Below the pieces are notes generated by a model. It did no database searches and was not told the origin of the DNA. It was given only the letters and a program-made list of their open reading frames with translations. From the NCBI GenBank assembly GCA_963789955.1, contig CAWBMV010000022.1, positions 128,001 through 192,000 on the forward strand: DNA of 64,000 nucleotides. Reading direction: 5' to 3'. How positions within the stretch are numbered: position 1 is the stretch's first letter; each line of letters opens with the position of its first letter. Shown here one piece after another: positions 63,314 to 64,000 of the stretch. This DNA is from an uncultured Candidatus Rokubacteria bacterium (GTDB taxonomy: Bacteria > Methylomirabilota > Methylomirabilia > Rokubacteriales > CSP1-6). The position numbers and the translations under genes were made by a program.

Positions 63314-63676
63314 TTAGTAGCTGACGCAGGGGCTGCCCTCGGACAGGAACTCCACGAGCTTCGCGCCGCCGACGATCGCGGCACCGGCCACCAGGTTGTT
63401 CTCGTCGAGCTTGCGCTTCTTGAAGCACGGCGAGCAGACGTAGATCGTGCCGCCGGCCTTCGCGAAGTTGTCCATCAGCTCGCGCAGCGGCGCGAACCCC
63501 TCCTCGCGGATGTCGTCGGCGTAGCCCTTCTGGGCGAGGCGCACGCCCTCGACGCTCAGGAACACCAGGGTCTCCTTGCCCGAGCCGACCGCGGCGTTGG
63601 CGACCACGAAGCCCACCGTGGCCTTGTCCTGGTTGTCCTTCGCGTGGGTGAGGCTGACACAGAATCGGTTGGCCAT
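63314..63676 (-). CDS. DsrE/DsrF-like protein
   Basis: VFLSVEGVRL, GGTIYVCSPCFKKR, IVGGAKLVE. Confidence 0.85.
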   Translation of the reverse strand: MANRFCVSLTHAKDNQDKATVGFVVANAAVGSGKETLVFLSVEGVRLAQKGYADDIREEGFAPLRELMDNFAKAGGTIYVCSPCFKKRKLDENNLVAGAAIVGGAKLVEFLSEGSPCVSY

Positions 63677-63679
63677 GAC

Positions 63680-63925
63680 TCAGTTCTCCTTTCGACGGAT
63701 CTGGTACACGGGATGCTGCTCTGCGATCAACGTGTGGCCGGTCATGCGGCACCAGGCCGGAATATCGGCCCGCGCGCCGGGGTCGCGCGCGGTGAGCTGC
63801 AGGAGCTGCCCCGGTTTCATTGCCTCCATGCGCAGGCGAAGCTCGAGCACGAGATCGCCGCAGCCGAGATCGCCCGCATCCCACTGGGTGTCGGCGGCTC
63901 GCGGAGCCGGCGTACTGGAGGTCAT
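63680..63925 (-). CDS. TusA/SirA family sulfur carrier
   Basis: WDAGDLGCGDL, DPGARADIPAWCRMTGH. Confidence 0.88.
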   Translation of the reverse strand: MTSSTPAPRAADTQWDAGDLGCGDLVLELRLRMEAMKPGQLLQLTARDPGARADIPAWCRMTGHTLIAEQHPVYQIRRKEN

Positions 63926-63999
63926 GGGTCGCTGCGCTCCCCGTTGCGCTCGTAGATCTGCTCGATCCTTCGTGTGTCCAGGCGCGAGGCCGGCGTGTC
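63922..63999 (-). CDS. 3' end of an upstream gene truncated by the window edge
   Basis: Open frame ...DTPASRLDTRRIEQIYERNGERSDP-stop with ATGA overlap onto the TusA-like start. Confidence 0.45.
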   Translation of the reverse strand, partial: DTPASRLDTRRIEQIYERNGERSDP

Positions 64000-64000
64000 C

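Overview
High-GC bacterial chromosomal window (visually about 70% GC). The gene repertoire and one intergenic repeat suggest a soil lineage such as Candidatus Rokubacteria/Methylomirabilota; this is inference only, as no marker gene is present. The window is densely coding. More than 25 single-base frame breaks fall in otherwise intact genes, which looks like long-read indel error, so many CDS below are reconstructed across frames and their internal breakpoints are approximate. Content: metH, a CoA transferase, several SDR and beta-hydroxyacid dehydrogenases, RNase D, ettA, an imuA-imuB-dnaE2 mutasome cassette, gntK-pgl-zwf, an AOR-type operon, phoD, hpnR, a sigma54-controlled island of secreted proteins, three luciferase-like monooxygenases, hpaB and a TusA/DsrE/TusA-MetE-like cluster. 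Main points of interest: (1) a hidden selenoprotein, where an in-frame TGA in D-U-G-S-C with a SECIS-like hairpin joins two apparent ORFs into one fusion protein; (2) a LAGLIDADG intein inside the error-prone polymerase DnaE2; (3) a sulfur-relay operon with a TusA domain fused to a MetE-like Zn enzyme; (4) many apparently leaderless genes, including an 18-bp bidirectional promoter; (5) two related tandem repeat arrays that each abut a stop codon, plus a MITE-like element and a candidate structured RNA; (6) a contracted CXCH heme motif. No rRNA, tRNA, CRISPR array or transposase was found.
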